The notes under the pieces: generated by a model
What the model was told of the DNA's origin: nothing
The model's input: only the letters and a program-made list of their open reading frames with translations
Database searches by the model: none
Assembly: GCA_951406725.2 (NCBI GenBank)
Contig: OX597830.1
Location: 6,200,001 to 6,264,000 of the forward strand
DNA: 64,000 nt
Source: Octopus vulgaris
Taxonomy: Eukaryota
Direction of reading: 5' to 3'
In this document: positions 28,655 to 43,089 of the stretch, in pieces
Layout of the letters: each line of letters begins with the position of its first letter
Position numbering within the stretch: the first letter of the stretch is position 1
Made by a program: the position numbers and the translations under genes

Positions 28655-28964
28655 TAAACGTCGCCCTTTCCAAGCCTAGCCAGGCTCATGGGCCCGGTTT
28701 CACGGTTTCTGAGGCGTATGTGTTCCCCTGTAGCTGAACGGGACGCCAGTCTATCGCAGCGTTACTCAAGAAACAGGAAGAGAGAGTGAGAGAAAGTTGT
28801 GGTGAAAGAGTACAACAGGGATCGCCACCACCCCCTACCGGAGCATCGTGGAGTTTTTATGCGTTTTCGCTCAATAAACACACATAACGCCCGGTCTGGG
28901 AATCGAAACCGCGATACTCCGACCGCAAGTCTGCTGCCCTAACCACTGGACCATTGCGCCTCCA
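28655..28964 (-). mobile_element. tRNA-derived SINE (same head and body as 60704-61087, different 3' tail)
   Basis: Minus head GTGGAGGCGCAATGGTCCAGTGGTTAGGGCAG...GGTTTCGATTCCCAGACCGGGCG. Confidence 0.85.
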
Positions 28965-29959
28965 CGATATACTCTAATACAGAATGCAAAAAGAAAAAAT
29001 AGCTATAAATTAGGTCGTGGATGTTAGTAATTAAAGCACCCTGATCCCGTTCATATGGATCGTATAGTATATATGAGTATAGTATAATATATTATAGTAT
29101 AGCTAGTACGGAGAGTATAGATCGTTTTATGCCTGAGCCAGTTGGCACTCAACAGAGATGTAAAGAGTATAGGCTACTGGTTGATGCAACCATCTTTCTC
29201 TCCAGTAGTGATATTCTAAATGTTCTGCTTGTCAATGATGAAGGAACCGAGAGAGTGTCGATGTTTCTAAAAGGCACCAGAAACATTTAGCGAAAGCAGG
29301 CTACGCTATAAACCCGTGCACGCAACCAGGTGACCGCTAATTATGCTGCACTATACATTGATATGTAGATACTTGGTTTATGCTTTTTGAAAATAGTCGA
29401 TGAATATAAGTGTATAGAATATGTCGTTTGAATAGTTACATGGTCTCGTTTTCACGTTTTTATTATTGTATTAAAAAAACTTTTACAATGTTGAAGTGTG
29501 TTAAACATTAGAAAAACATTTAGTAATGTTCATAAAGTTCAATTGGCGCTTTTATAGATTTGTAGTAATCATCAGATTTCAAAAGCTATTGACTGACATT
29601 TGAGTTGCGTTCTTGACCACTGTAGTAAAATGACTGACTTCTTCCTTTTTGTACCTTTTAGGAAGCTCCGACAAGCTGACTTTTTCGAATACGGTTTTGA
29701 CAAATCAGCATGCAGATTAAACATCATGGTTTCTCGGGCGCTCCGATATTGCTGGCATATATCACTCCTTTATTTTAATCAATTATCTTGTGGTTTAGAT
29801 ATAATGGTTTTATGAGTGAGAAAACTCAGTTGGTTTCGATCGTTTTTATTTCAATTGGTGGGAGTTTTCTGTAATTTGTTTATATTCATATGTTAAAGAT
29901 ATCTTTTCATCTAAATCATAAACTGGTCGTTATATTATTGTTGGTATTTCCGTTCAGGT

Positions 29960-30345
29960 TTGAACATTTTAACGAAACGTTTTTTCTTTTATCTTCCATC
30001 CAACTTCACTTGTGTCGTGTATTTTGTGGAAACGAAACATTAGAAACATTTTCTGACCACGTGTTTCTATATGTTCACTCAATGGAATTTGGCGAATATT
30101 AGTGTTCCGGATTTGTTGTCTGTGAACTCGTGAGCGTTCCGATAATGCATTCCCTGTTTCGCAATTAGGGTATTCAATGCAGAAGATCAAATTTCTGCTT
30201 TTGCAGTTTGTAGCTGCATCTGTGAAAATCTGTCCATTTTTTGTTCTAATGGCTCTTCCTGTATGCATGCATTGAAACGTTCCACGTCTGTTATCATTAC
30301 ACTTGGACTCTGTGAATGTTTTAGCCTGTTTGTTCAGGTTGAAAA
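29960..30345 (-). pseudogene. Penelope-like GIY-YIG endonuclease remnant
   Basis: NCKSRNLIFCIEYPNC-ETGNALSERSRVHRQQIR...PLSEH...WKIKEKTF; the YIG motif appears deleted. Confidence 0.75.
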
Positions 30346-31623
30346 AAGAATCTATTTTTAGGGTCATGACAGCAAACATCGGAGAAAGAAAATGTCCACC
30401 CGAAGTTCTACCACCAAAACAAACTCTCCTGTATACTTGCCTGCATTTCTTTTCTGCATGTGTGTGAGTATATGTTGTGTGTGAGTGTGTGTTGTGTGTG
30501 TGTGTGTTGTGTGTGTGTGTGTGTCTGAGTGTGTGTATGTGCATGTACAGGATGTTCAGACTAGATAAAATGATTTTTTCATGTCTCAGTTCTTCAGGAA
30601 TAGCTTAATGTATCGGTGAACAGTTAACGACGTTGGAGGCCATAATGAATAAAGTTGTAGTGGAGAAAATGTTAGCCGACTTGGATGAAAAGAAGCCATC
30701 GGAATATTGGAAAAGAGTTACCTGTAACCTGATGATTTTCACAGGTTAAGAAAATGCCGACATCAAAGCTCTGTGAACATTGTGAAGGCTGAAAGACATG
30801 ACATGGACATCATGAAAACTAAGTTCCCCCAGACTGACGGTGCTTGATTTGTCTCCAGTGAGTGTGACATCTTTGAATAGGCCTCACATCTTTGAATAGG
30901 CCTTGCGCTCATTTCAAACAGCCATATGAAACTCTTACTGACTGCAATCGACTCGGGGTTGCAGGAGGCTGCAACTGGAAGTTTATGTGACTGGCAGCAG
31001 AATTCGGGCCCTTTCCATAACTACAGAAAAAGGTGCTTTATTCCCTCATTATTCGCCACCTCATCAATGGCATGCCCTCAATCTTCCGGGTCTGCTTTAG
31101 GACGAAATTCCACATAGTTTCCGTCTTCGAAATTCATTCATTGACCGGTGCTATAAAAAAAGATTCATGCCCAAGGTAGCATGCAAGGGCTGACCTCGAA
31201 CCCACGTGGTTGTAAAAAGCGCTTCATTAGCAAATATCCACACCTCTACCTACATAGAAATGCATAAATCTACATTTATATTCGTACATCATTCATTCGT
31301 CGAAACTTCTATAAAATCAAAACTATCTACCTACATATATACACCACATATAAACATTTAAATATGAATAATCATGAATTTACTGAAATACAAAGAATTG
31401 GCAACTGAAAAACAAGGCGTAATTCATTGAAATATATTTTCTGACAACGAAAATCTGACAAACAAGTTCTGGATCATTTACCAATTATTGGAATCGTTGG
31501 CAATGCACCCAGGTATTTATAGGTTTATTTTCACACACACGTCTCATAGCGATCTATATTCTAACAGCGCTTTTCATGGCGCATATATCATTACACACAC
31601 ACACACACACACATACATTTATG

Positions 31624-31669
<46 letters not shown>

Positions 31670-31673
31670 AGAC

Positions 31674-31727
<54 letters not shown>

Positions 31728-31793
31728 AATAGACATATGTATGCGTGTATATACATATATATATATATTTATATGCAGCTATATATATATGTG

Positions 31794-31829
<36 letters not shown>

Positions 31830-31845
31830 GGATATATATGCATAT

Positions 31846-32281
31846 AGGCGTAGGAGTAGCTGTGTGGTAAGTACCTTGCTTACCGCCCACATGGTTCCGG
31901 GTTCAGTCCCACTGCGTGGCACCTTGCGCAAATGTCTTCTACTATAGCCCCGGGCCGACCAAAGCCTTGTGAGTGGATTTGGTAGACATACATACATACA
32001 TGCATACATACATACATATATATATAAAGAAGCCCGTCGTATATATATATATATATATATATATAAATATTTATTTGCATGTGTGTGTGTGTGTGCGTGT
32101 GTGTATGTTTGTGTGTCGTGTTTGTCCCCCAACATCGCTTGACAACTGATGCTGATGTGTTTACGTCCCCGTAACGTAGCGGTTCGGCAGAAGAAAATCC
32201 TGGGGTCGATTTGCTTGACTAAAGACGGTGCTCCAGTATGGCCACATTCACATGACTGAAACCAATAAAAGAGTAAAAGAG
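31846..32281 (+). mobile_element. Near full-length tRNA-derived SINE with internal microsatellites
   Basis: Head ggcgtaggagtagctgtgtggtaag...gggttcagtccc; tail cggtgctccagtatggccac...tgactgaaac. Confidence 0.85.
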
Positions 32282-32650
32282 TATATGCATATAGATATAG
32301 CTATGCACATGTATACATATAAATAAAAACATACATATATATATGTATAAGCACATAATCATAAATACATATATATAATTATGTGTATGCAATATATATA
32401 TATATATATATATATATGCATATACGCGTATATCTATCTATATCTCATCATCCATAAATCTTTCAATATATACATACATGCATGCATACATACATACATG
32501 CATACAGACATGCATACATACATGCAATCATACATACATACATGCATACATATATACATACATGCATACATACATACATATATGCATATATACATACATA
32601 TATGCATACATGCATACATACATGCATGTATACATACATACATGCATGCA

Positions 32651-32744
<94 letters not shown>

Positions 32745-32747
32745 TAT

Positions 32748-33590
32748 AAACCCTGAAAATATTGCGCATCTGCAACAGGAGTTGGATACAATATACAGGT
32801 GGGCTGAGGACAACAACATGCAGTTTAATGCAGGTAAGTTCCAGGCCCTGCGCTACCGGCACACAAAGTTAAACGACGTGCAGACTGGATACACTGGCCC
32901 AGGAAGAATTGCAATCCCTGAGTCAAAATCAGTGCGTGACCTGGGCATTGACATGAGCAATGATGCATCTTTCCAAGTGCATGTTACTAATCTGGTGATA
33001 AAATGCAGACAGCAAGCTGGATGGATTCTCCGAACTTTCAGAACAAGAGAGAAGGAGACACTGAAGTTCCTATGGAAAACATTCGTCCTCAGCCGCTTGG
33101 ACTACTGCTCCCAACTATGGTCACCACACAATATAAAACTAACAGCAGAACTCGAATCAATTCAGAGAAGCTACACAAAGAAAATCGTCTCAATGCAAAA
33201 TATCAGCTACTGGGAAAGAGATATGCGGTGATATACATCTGGAAAATCCTGGAGGGTCTTGTCCCAAACTTTGGCATTCAAAGTTACCCCAACCGCAGAA
33301 CGGAGGGCCACTACATGGTGCCAAAGATTCCAACATCACCATCAAAATACAGGTCCAGATACTGCAACAGCTTGGGTTTCAGAGGACCACAGCTCTTTAA
33401 CATCCTCCCTGAGAGACTTACATGGTGTGGATGCGAGTTTCTTTAAAACTAAACTGGATCTTTTCTTGTCGGGAGTTCCAGATGAACCTACCTGGATTCA
33501 CATATTAGTTTAGCTCATTCAGCGATGGTGCCCCAGCATGGCCGCGGCCTTCAAGCTAAAACATTTTTAAGGATTTAAGGATTTAAGGAT
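32748..33590 (+). mobile_element. Second, shorter CR1-group LINE 3' fragment (different subfamily)
   Basis: [32 protein letters not shown]...LDYCSQLWSP...GFRGPQLFNILP parallels 26058-26850; (TTTAAGGA)n tail. Confidence 0.9.
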
Positions 33591-33621
33591 ATATATACAC
33601 ACACGCACACACACACACACA

Positions 33622-33659
<38 letters not shown>

Positions 33660-33662
<3 letters not shown>

Positions 33663-35330
33663 CGGGAAGGTTTACGAAAATAAACAAAAGCCGAAGGCAG
33701 GTTTACGATAAAGGAACAAAAGACGAAGGCAGGTGGAGTACAAACAAACAATTGTATTAGTATGGCGCTCAGGAAGAGAAATAAAACAAGTCTTTTACGT
33801 TTTGAGCCTACGCTCTTCAACAGAAAGATACACAGAAAAGAAACAAGGAGAGACACAAGGAGAAAAAAAAATGCGTGTAGGAGCTAACGATCCAAGATGG
33901 CATTCTGATTTCAGGCAGAAGTCAGTGATCAGAGGTCAGATGTCAGAGGTCAGACGTTAGACGCTAGAGGGATAGTAGGGGAGATAACAAGGTCAAGTGA
34001 CTTCGCCCCAACATGAAGGTGCGTGTGTGTATAAGAGAGTATGTACGTGCGTGTGAAAGAGGGCTGGTGGTCTGGACGTGTGTATGTATGTATGTGTGGG
34101 TGTGGAGATATGGGGATGGGTGTGTGGGTGGTGTGTTGTGATATGATATGTGTATGTATGTGTAGGTGTAAAGATGTGGGGATGGGTATGTGGGCGGTGT
34201 ACTGTGGGTGGTGTGTTGTGATGTGATGTGTAATGTCGTATGGTGTTGTGTAGTGTAGTGTGGTGTGATGTTTTGGGGTGGTGGGGGAGATAGTTGGGAA
34301 AGCCCATGTGGGGTGTGGGTTCGGCTGGAGGTTGGGGCAGAGTGGGGGTTGTGGGGAGAGAGAAGAGAGATGAGGGGGAGAGGGGAGGGGAGGAGGAGGA
34401 GGAGGAGGGAGAGGAGAAGGAAAGAGAGGAGGAGGGGGAATGAGAGGAGAGGGGGTTGGGGAGGGGGGAGGAGGAGAGAAGGGCAGTGAGGGAGCAGAGA
34501 GAAAAAGAGAAGAGAAAGAAGGGAAGAGGAGGGAAAGAGAGTAGGGGTGAAATTATGAAGGACTGAAGAGAAGTAGGAGTCGGGGAGAGGTTAGATGAAA
34601 GGGGGAGATTAGATGAAAGGGAGGGGGAGAGTTGAGACCAAATGGCGTAAAAGAGCGAGGAGAGAAGATTAATCCCTGCTCACGGCGCAAGCGGGAATCC
34701 TGATGGCTTCTGTGTAAGGACAATCCGAACACAGACTAGTGTAGCAAGGAGTGACCGTGGGAGCGGAAATGGCGTGAGACCGGCGTGTCATTGGCAAGGC
34801 GGATGTCTCGGAGGTGTTCCGCGAACCGGTCAGCCAAGCGGCGTCCCGTTTGTCCGATGTACAGGAAATGGCAGAGAGAGCAGGAGATGCAATAGATGAT
34901 ATTGCTGGAGGTGCTGGTGAAGGAATCGATGATGCGATAGGGTCGAAGAAGGGTGCTGGTGAGGAGGGTGCTGTTGGAGAGGTAAGGGCAAGTGCAGCAA
35001 CGTGGGCGGGAGCAGGGGAATGAGCCAGGTTGGGAGGTAGGGTCAGAGAAGATGCTGTGGACGAAGAGGTCTCGTAGGTTATGGGCTCGTTTGAAGGAGG
35101 GGAAAGGGTCGGTTAGGGAAGAGGTGTGGAGTGGACGGGTCGGACTGTGATGCCGGAAAGCTCGAAGAATGGTGCGTTGGAGAGGTAGGTTGGTGGGGTG
35201 GTAAGTGAGGGGAAAAGTGAGGCGGGAGACTGCAGGGCGGGTTCGGGGGGAGAGAGCAGATGCTGGCAAGGGCGGTGTGGATAGTGTTGAGGGGGTATTC
35301 ACGTATGATGAAGTGGCGAGCCATGAGTTG
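33660..35330 (-). mobile_element. 5'-truncated Penelope-like element: GIY-YIG, low-complexity UTR, pLTR
   Basis: Endonuclease at 34609-35330; family A pLTR at 33660-33902 with CTGTTGA core at 33817-33823. Confidence 0.8.
34609..35330 (-). pseudogene. PLE linker, zinc knuckle and GIY-YIG endonuclease, frameshifted
   Basis: PLTYHP...CSRPRCCTC...SSNIIYCISCSLCHFLYIGQTGRRLADRFAEHLRDI...PVSRHF...RLRREQGLIF...PFGLN. Confidence 0.88.
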
Positions 35331-35429
35331 AGACTAAGTCTCAAAGTTATGGTCGTCACTACAGAGCCTACGTAGACGGAGGAATTGGAAATAGGGGATG
35401 GGAGGAAGAGAAGTTTAGATATATATATA

Positions 35430-35622
35430 AAGTTAATCCAAAGAGAAAGCACAACGACGCGAGGACGTGGAACAAGTATAGTATTATTGGACGCTCAGGA
35501 AGGAAGGGAAGAAGGGGGGTTTACGTTTCGAGCAGAACTCTTCATCAGAAACATAGGAAAAGGAAAGATCCAGAGAAGGGATGACGGAGGAAAAAAAATC
35601 GCCAACGGTACACACTCGGTCA
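35430..35622 (-). mobile_element. PLE pLTR (family B) with canonical hammerhead core
   Basis: Minus strand GTTT-CTGATGA-A-GAG-TTCTG-CTC-GAAA-CG-TA-AAC at 35519-35552; homologous to 9458-9660. Confidence 0.75.
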
Positions 35623-36075
35623 CATACATGCATACATACATATATGCATATATACATACATACATACATACATGCATACATACATGCGAACATGCATAAT
35701 TGCCTGAATGGGGGAAACAGTGATTGATAATGTAGAATTATAAAAATAGAATACATTAACAGAGAAATCAAAATGGCGAAATGAAACCGAAGCAGGCAAT
35801 AATAGATCCTTTCATACGCAAAGAATAGCAGTAATATCTCACTTATAGCATTTAATAGGGAAGGGAAGAGGGAGACATGGAAGCCATATTAAAAAGTAGT
35901 CTTTTATTTCTTGGCTATGAATATACATGAATGTATGTATACATACAAACATACATACATACATACATACATATGTATATATATATATGTCTTTTTCATA
36001 TCAGTATAAAAATTATATGTACATGCATATTTTAATAGATACATACGTATAAGTATGTATAAATGAATATATATG

Positions 36076-36116
<41 letters not shown>

Positions 36117-36134
36117 GTACATATACACACACAT

Positions 36135-36169
<35 letters not shown>

Positions 36170-36172
36170 GGA

Positions 36173-36207
<35 letters not shown>

Positions 36208-36371
36208 CAAATACATATATTCATATACATATAAATATATGAGTATGTGTATATGTAAATATATATATGCACATATATATTCACACATATGATATACAGT
36301 GAGAGAGGGGAGAGAGAGAGAGTAGTATACGTAAATAGTTAGATAGAAAGATGATAAACAGACAGACATAT

Positions 36372-36405
<34 letters not shown>

Positions 36406-37001
36406 TGACAGAGGGATGCAATTATTGGAGATTGTGAAAGTATACTACTTTCTACAAATGTGTGATCACAAATATCATTTCACCTAGAGGATATATAATA
36501 CCTATTAATTTATATATAAGTATATATAACTATATATCTAAACATACATACGAACATATATGTTTGTGTGTATTCCTATGTTTGTGTGTGTGTGTGTGTT
36601 TGTTCGTGTGAGTGGTGTGTGTTTGTGTGTGTATGAGTGCTGTATGTATGCTTATATCTATACTTGAATATAACACGGAATTTATATATATAAATATATA
36701 TATATATACATACATATTTATATGTGTTTGTGTGTGGTTATATGCGTAAATACCTTCATGTATGTGTGTATGTATATCGGTAATATTCTGCGCACGCATG
36801 CGAAAACTCCAACCCACACCCACACGCAAAGTCGCATCTCCATATTGGTGTAAGTGAGAGAAGGTTCTGTCTGTCTATGATAATAAGTATATCTTTCAGC
36901 AAAGCACATAAAAACGGAAAGATATCTCAATGTCTTTATCAGAACATAACGACGTAAGAAAATCTTTGTACTAACACTAATAACACGAGATTTATTCTTT
37001 A

Positions 37002-37033
<32 letters not shown>

Positions 37034-37298
37034 CTAGTAGTAGTAGTAGTAGTAGTAGTAGCAGCAGCAGCAGCAGCAGTGCTAGTAATAATACAATTTA
37101 ATCACGGTGTGTTAAATAATTCTTATATTATAAATATAACAATGCTTTTCATTACGAAAATAACTTACATTAACCCAAGCTTGCCTCCGGCTCATCGACG
37201 ACTGAGATAAAGAAATATTGTATAATACATGCCATATGTATGCATGTAATATAGATATGTATGTATATATTTCTCTCTCTCCCTCGCTCTCTCTCTCG

Positions 37299-37348
<50 letters not shown>

Positions 37349-37503
37349 GCATTCTTTTATGCATATGTATAAACGTGTATTGAAACAACCGCATGTAAGT
37401 TTGTGGTGTATTATGATGCAAACAGATGCCGACGTCACACGTCTCTGCACAATTATCTTTTATACACATGCTTCTGTACATTTGAGGATATCTCTCTACA
37501 GGA

Positions 37504-37560
<57 letters not shown>

Positions 37561-39576
37561 TGTCTGTGTGTTGTATGAATATATGAGTGTTTCTATGTAT
37601 GTATAGTTATGTGTCTATATGCATCTTGTGTGTACAGTTAGGTGTAAAATTCGTATCCTATGAAGTAAACTTCTCCGTCAATTATTATTTTCCAGTCAAA
37701 TTCCTCTACATGTACACTGAGTAGTGTTACTAGTAATGTGTAACAAGTAATATATACTCACCCAACACACGCGTATATAATCTATTTACATAAACACACA
37801 CACTCGTATATATGTATGCATATATACATATACTTATATATGTGTTCATGGGCTCGTACGTTTGTGTGCAATTGACTTGTCGCCACCACAGTATCGAGTA
37901 ATTAACTTTCTATTTCAAGACAGACCTGATTTTTCACACATAGATATAGAAGTCTGCTCAACACCATTAACACCTTTAACACCTTTAACACCCTTAACCT
38001 ATATTCGGACTGTGACCAGCCAAAATTTACCTCATAAATACTGAAATGCGACAACCTTTCTGGAGAACGTTCGTTATTTCTGTAAAGCTATGTTGCATAC
38101 TGGATCTACAAGACACTGTGTCACTAAGTTGTAGGGGACTTGCTGGAAATTCATTCAAAACCCGTTATTATAAACATCAACATCCATTATGAGCAGAGAA
38201 AGAGACTCTATACTTCATTGCTACAATTCTATCTGAAACTAAGGCGGTACATATCGTTTCGTGCTCCAATTTAATCGAAAATTGTCGAAGAATACTAGAC
38301 TTCAGTTAATGTAGCTAACTAGACATAACTGTTACTCTCATTTTCGCTTCTAACTTGCGTTTATGACAAACATTTTTGATGCTAAAAGAAAAAAAAAATG
38401 AATGAAATTTTGATGATTTTTATAAATATGTATGAAAGATGTGTGACAGCAGAAAATGAAATGAAATTCCCCTCTTGTGCCTAATCTATGTTTGAAAAAC
38501 ATTTTGATATTAATTTAAATAGTTTTTTTAAACTCTTGCATGAAACCAAATAAAAAACCTTTACTTGTATAAATTTTAGGTTATTTCTGTTTATGACTTA
38601 TGTTAACCGACGTGTTTCTTTCATCTGAAAGACGATAAAGATCAAATTGGGTAAAGAAATAAGTAAAAAAAAATCTTTTTAATTTGGTTGATTACATCAA
38701 CTTCAGTATTTCACAAGTACTTTTGTTGAATGGCCCGGTATTCAACAAAAGAAGAAATTAGCCTTGACAGAATTCGATCTCAAAACGTAAAGATCGAGAG
38801 CAAATACCACAAGTCAGTGCTTATGACATTCTAACTACTCTACCAATTTACGATCCTTCGCTAAAAAAAAAAACAATAGTTAATCAATGATATCAAATTT
38901 GAGAAGGAAACCGGACTATACGTAATGTTTACAATGACACTTTTTAACCATTTCATAATTGCCTTGTTGTTCTTCCATACATTCAAAATGGCGAATTGTT
39001 TTATGTCTGTGTTTATTTTTCTTGAGACTTCATTTACAATTCTAGCGATACTTCCAGTCTACTGTTTTGTTTTCTAAGTGGTTTTCACTGAGAATGTTTT
39101 CATGGTTCTTTAGTCGATGTTGTTTTAGCCAGGCACTTTAGGCTTGTTACGAATGTTGGATATTTGTCGCTATGTCGCCTTTCTAAGTTGGTATATTTAC
39201 ACACTGCTTCTTGTTATTTGTTTTGTTTCTGTAACACTTTCTAGTAAATTTCTTTAAGATGGTATTCTTGTTATGAATTGTCTTATTGTGTATAATATTA
39301 TAGAATTGTCAGCGAATATACGCATGTCTTTGTGGATTATGTAACTCTAAACATCCCAGCTTAATGTAATTGATTATAATATTTCTTCCAAATACGTTTT
39401 CCCAAATAAAATTAAAATCAGGAAAGCAAAGACGCTGTTGACTTGTTTATTAGCACTGGATCAGTCCTCACTCTGTTGTTTATCATCAAGCATGCTCCAT
39501 CCGTGGCCACCCACTTGCTCTCTATACCTAGGGTGTCATTGCTTTATGCATACATATACACAAGTCGATGTGTGTG

Positions 39577-39611
<35 letters not shown>

Positions 39612-40209
39612 GCACACGCACCCACACACACACGTTAACGTATATGTGTGTATGCGTGGGTGTGCGTTGATAAGCATTTTATCGATAAGAGTATATAGTT
39701 GGAGATAATTGCCCAATGTGCCACACAGCCGGACTGAACACAGAACTTTGTGGTTGGGATGCGAGCTTCATACGACACACCCACTCCTGCACTTATGTAT
39801 TATTTAAATACGAGTTTGAAAGAACGCAGGGCGTGGATTGAAGAAGTTTGGCAGCGTCGGTTTTCTTCTATCTTCAATTCGTCAAATAAAACCGTTTTGA
39901 AGTCCTCTCCGTCTTTCCTTTGTGGTGGTCACTTCTGCGATATAAATGTCAGACAGTGTTTATCTTATGTGATAATAGGATCTCGTTTATTATAAGCCAT
40001 AAAATTACAACATATACTTTATTTGTAACCACAATCTCTGTTCTTATTGGGTCTTTCTAAATTATCTTAATTTTAGTTTTCGTGTTGGCGTATTCTTCAT
40101 CAAATATTTCATTTTATTGTATTGCAAATTATCTTTTGTTCGCTTCCGTATTTATACTTTAAGCTTGGCTACTCTACTTGCTCTTCTCTGACTAATACGC
40201 TGGTTAACT

Positions 40210-40505
40210 TAGCACTCCGTCAGTTCCAGTTGATCGGATCAGTTGCTCGAGAAACCAAAGTGCCATTAATTTAGCGCTCCACAGACACATGAACCTTTAA
40301 CGCAGTTCTAGGGAAGACAGTCTGACACAGAATGTAACACATCTGTCCCTTTCAAATGCAGCTACAACTCATTTTCGCTAGCTGAGTGGATAGGAGCAAC
40401 ACGATGTAAAGTGTCATACTCAAAGACACAACGCGCCTCCTGGAATCGGATTCAGGACCTTACGATCGCGATCCAATACCCCTAACCACCGAGCCACTCG
40501 CCTTC
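40210..40505 (-). mobile_element. CORE-like tRNA SINE sharing its 3' tail with 60704 copy
   Basis: gctgagtggataggagcaac...gtgtcatactcaaagacacaac central domain; gcactccgtc...ctccacagacac tail. Confidence 0.7.
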
Positions 40506-40586
40506 GCAATACTCTGACTAATTACATGAAGCTAGGCTATAGGATTGCGAAAGAATACATAATAAAATATGAAGATATGTGCACAC

Positions 40587-40626
<40 letters not shown>

Positions 40627-41603
40627 ACGTACATGTGTATATGTTAAGGCTGTCCCTCATTACACGTAACAGGTTTGACTGTAGCAAACACACGTACATC
40701 TCTAATATAACTCTACTTTGCCCCCGTGCCCTATGGACATACCACGATGCGGCAGTACCGTTCAAAATTCTACTTCTAAATATATTTTCTTCCTATTATA
40801 TAACATCAGGAGAAAACTAAATGACCAATTTGAAAATAATATCCTCCTCCTCCGCCTCTACACTTAGGCTTAGTCCTCTCAGATTATATTCAGTAAAAGA
40901 TAGTGCAGCGTCTAAACTAATAGTTTATTGGATTCAAAGAATTGTATTAGATTTCAAGGAACCATTAATAGTCTGAGAGGAGATACAGCGTAGTGTGTAT
41001 ATCATTGTCAAAGCTCTGTATATTTGCTAAATTATATTTAATTCGACGAACAACTGTTTAAATTGGATAAAATTGCAAGAATTATTTTTTTCTTCGTGTC
41101 CCAAGGCAGAATGTTCGATATTTCTTGTGTCAATTTCTTTCTTTTCGATGATGTCTTTTTCAGGATTTTATCTATTTTCTGATTGTTCCAAACCAAAGTA
41201 ATTGACAGCAAATGACGGTTGTACTTCTCTATCTGCGCCACCTACTGGTGACGTCTACTAGTCTATATTACATTCATAAAAGTATTATTTCACATCCAAA
41301 TTATATTGAATGAAATATATTTGTCCACATAGCAATACGAGAGATGATCAGAATAGAAATACAAGAGAGGGGACAATACTTTCGTTTTCAAATTCTTCAT
41401 ATACAAACTTTTGTTTTTCTATTTTATATTTATATACTGTGAAGAGCTTATATATACTTCTTGCAAAGCTATCAACTTTAAAATGTAATATATAATACAT
41501 AAAATATGTGTGTGTGTTTGTCTGTGTGTGTGTGTGTGCGTGTGCGTGTTCAGTTATAATAAAACAATTTTACATTATTCTGATGGGTTACTCTATACTT
41601 GTG

Positions 41604-41722
41604 TAGAGTATCAGTCTTGTTGACTGTGATTTCGAAGTTCCGTCAGTTCAAGTCATCACCGAACTGCCCGATGGCGTAACTGCCCGAAACTTCGAAGTCA
41701 TTGTCACCAATATTCTAAACCC
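41604..41722. mobile_element. Inverted pair of short pLTR fragments with degenerate HHR
   Basis: Right arm ACTGC-CCGATG-GCGTAACTGCCC-GAAAC-TTCGAA-GTC; left arm is the reverse complement of its 3' half. Confidence 0.55.
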
Positions 41723-42540
41723 CTTTTGCTTTCCATTCTTTCTTCCTTTGCCGTCTTACACGTGACTGAATCAATGATCAAAGTGAAACAATCAGAAATG
41801 CAAACAGATTAGAGATTTCCATCCTGCAACTGGTCCTTCTATTGATAGGGAAATTACTGGTATCTATGTATGCTGCTTATTATAATCTTAGCTAATCATG
41901 TGAATCATGATGTGATTCCCATCCAGTTAATATCATGTCACGTATGTGTTACAGATCGTGTGAAAGAACAGAATGTAAGAGAGAGAGAGAGAGTAAGGTT
42001 CTACTAATTCAATATATACACCGATAACACCAGGAGAACAGACAATTGAGCATTCAATTCCAACAAAATATATTTCACAAAATGCGCTGATATTTGTGGG
42101 CCGCGCCTGACACTTTAGCACACGGCCCCCCTGCAACTTATATAAAGAAATGTATTGACACAAAAATAAGAATTCGATTTGCTCAGATAAATCATCGCCT
42201 GCACGGAACGGTTGCGTCCAGTGTGTTGTAGTCAAGGGAACATATATTTATGCGAGGGAAGGAGAAATATGCTAAGGTATATAAACACGCATGCGTGCAC
42301 AAAGATGTGTACAGACAATATATATATATATGTTATAACACTAATTTTGTTCGTATGTGTGTGCGTGTAATTCTAGATCGCATAATATGTCAATTTGTGT
42401 AATTAAGCTTGGAAGTGAGTATAAATTGAACAACGCCGAACAATATTTAGAATTTTATTGACGAAGGGAAAGGTGGCTGTAAGACTCCAGAACATATCTA
42501 TATAGATATCTATCTATCTATCTGTCTGTCTATCTGTCTG

Positions 42541-42617
<77 letters not shown>

Positions 42618-43039
42618 ATGAACGTATAGGAACGCATCTCCTATATTACGCATGTCACACGTCCATGAAGATGATGACGATGATGATGAGGAGGAGGAGG
42701 AGGAGGAAGATGATGATGATTACGATGTTGATGATGACAATGATGATGATGATGATAATGATGATAGTGATAATAATATTATTTTTAGTAATAATAATAA
42801 TAACAACAACAGTAACAACAACAATAATAATAATGGTTATTATTATTATTACTATTATTATTATTATCATTATTATTATTTACAGCCATTGTGAATATTT
42901 TGTATGTATTTATGCAACATTTACATGACTACGCACAAACACATACATAAACACATACACACACACACTCACATATATATGTATATATTCATATATATGT
43001 GTGTATGTGTAAGTATACATACATATTCATATGTATGTA

Positions 43040-43089
<50 letters not shown>

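Noticed and set aside
30546-30830. Another Tc1/mariner 5' end starting TACAGGATGTTC
   Set aside because: No matching second TIR or catalytic motifs could be read.
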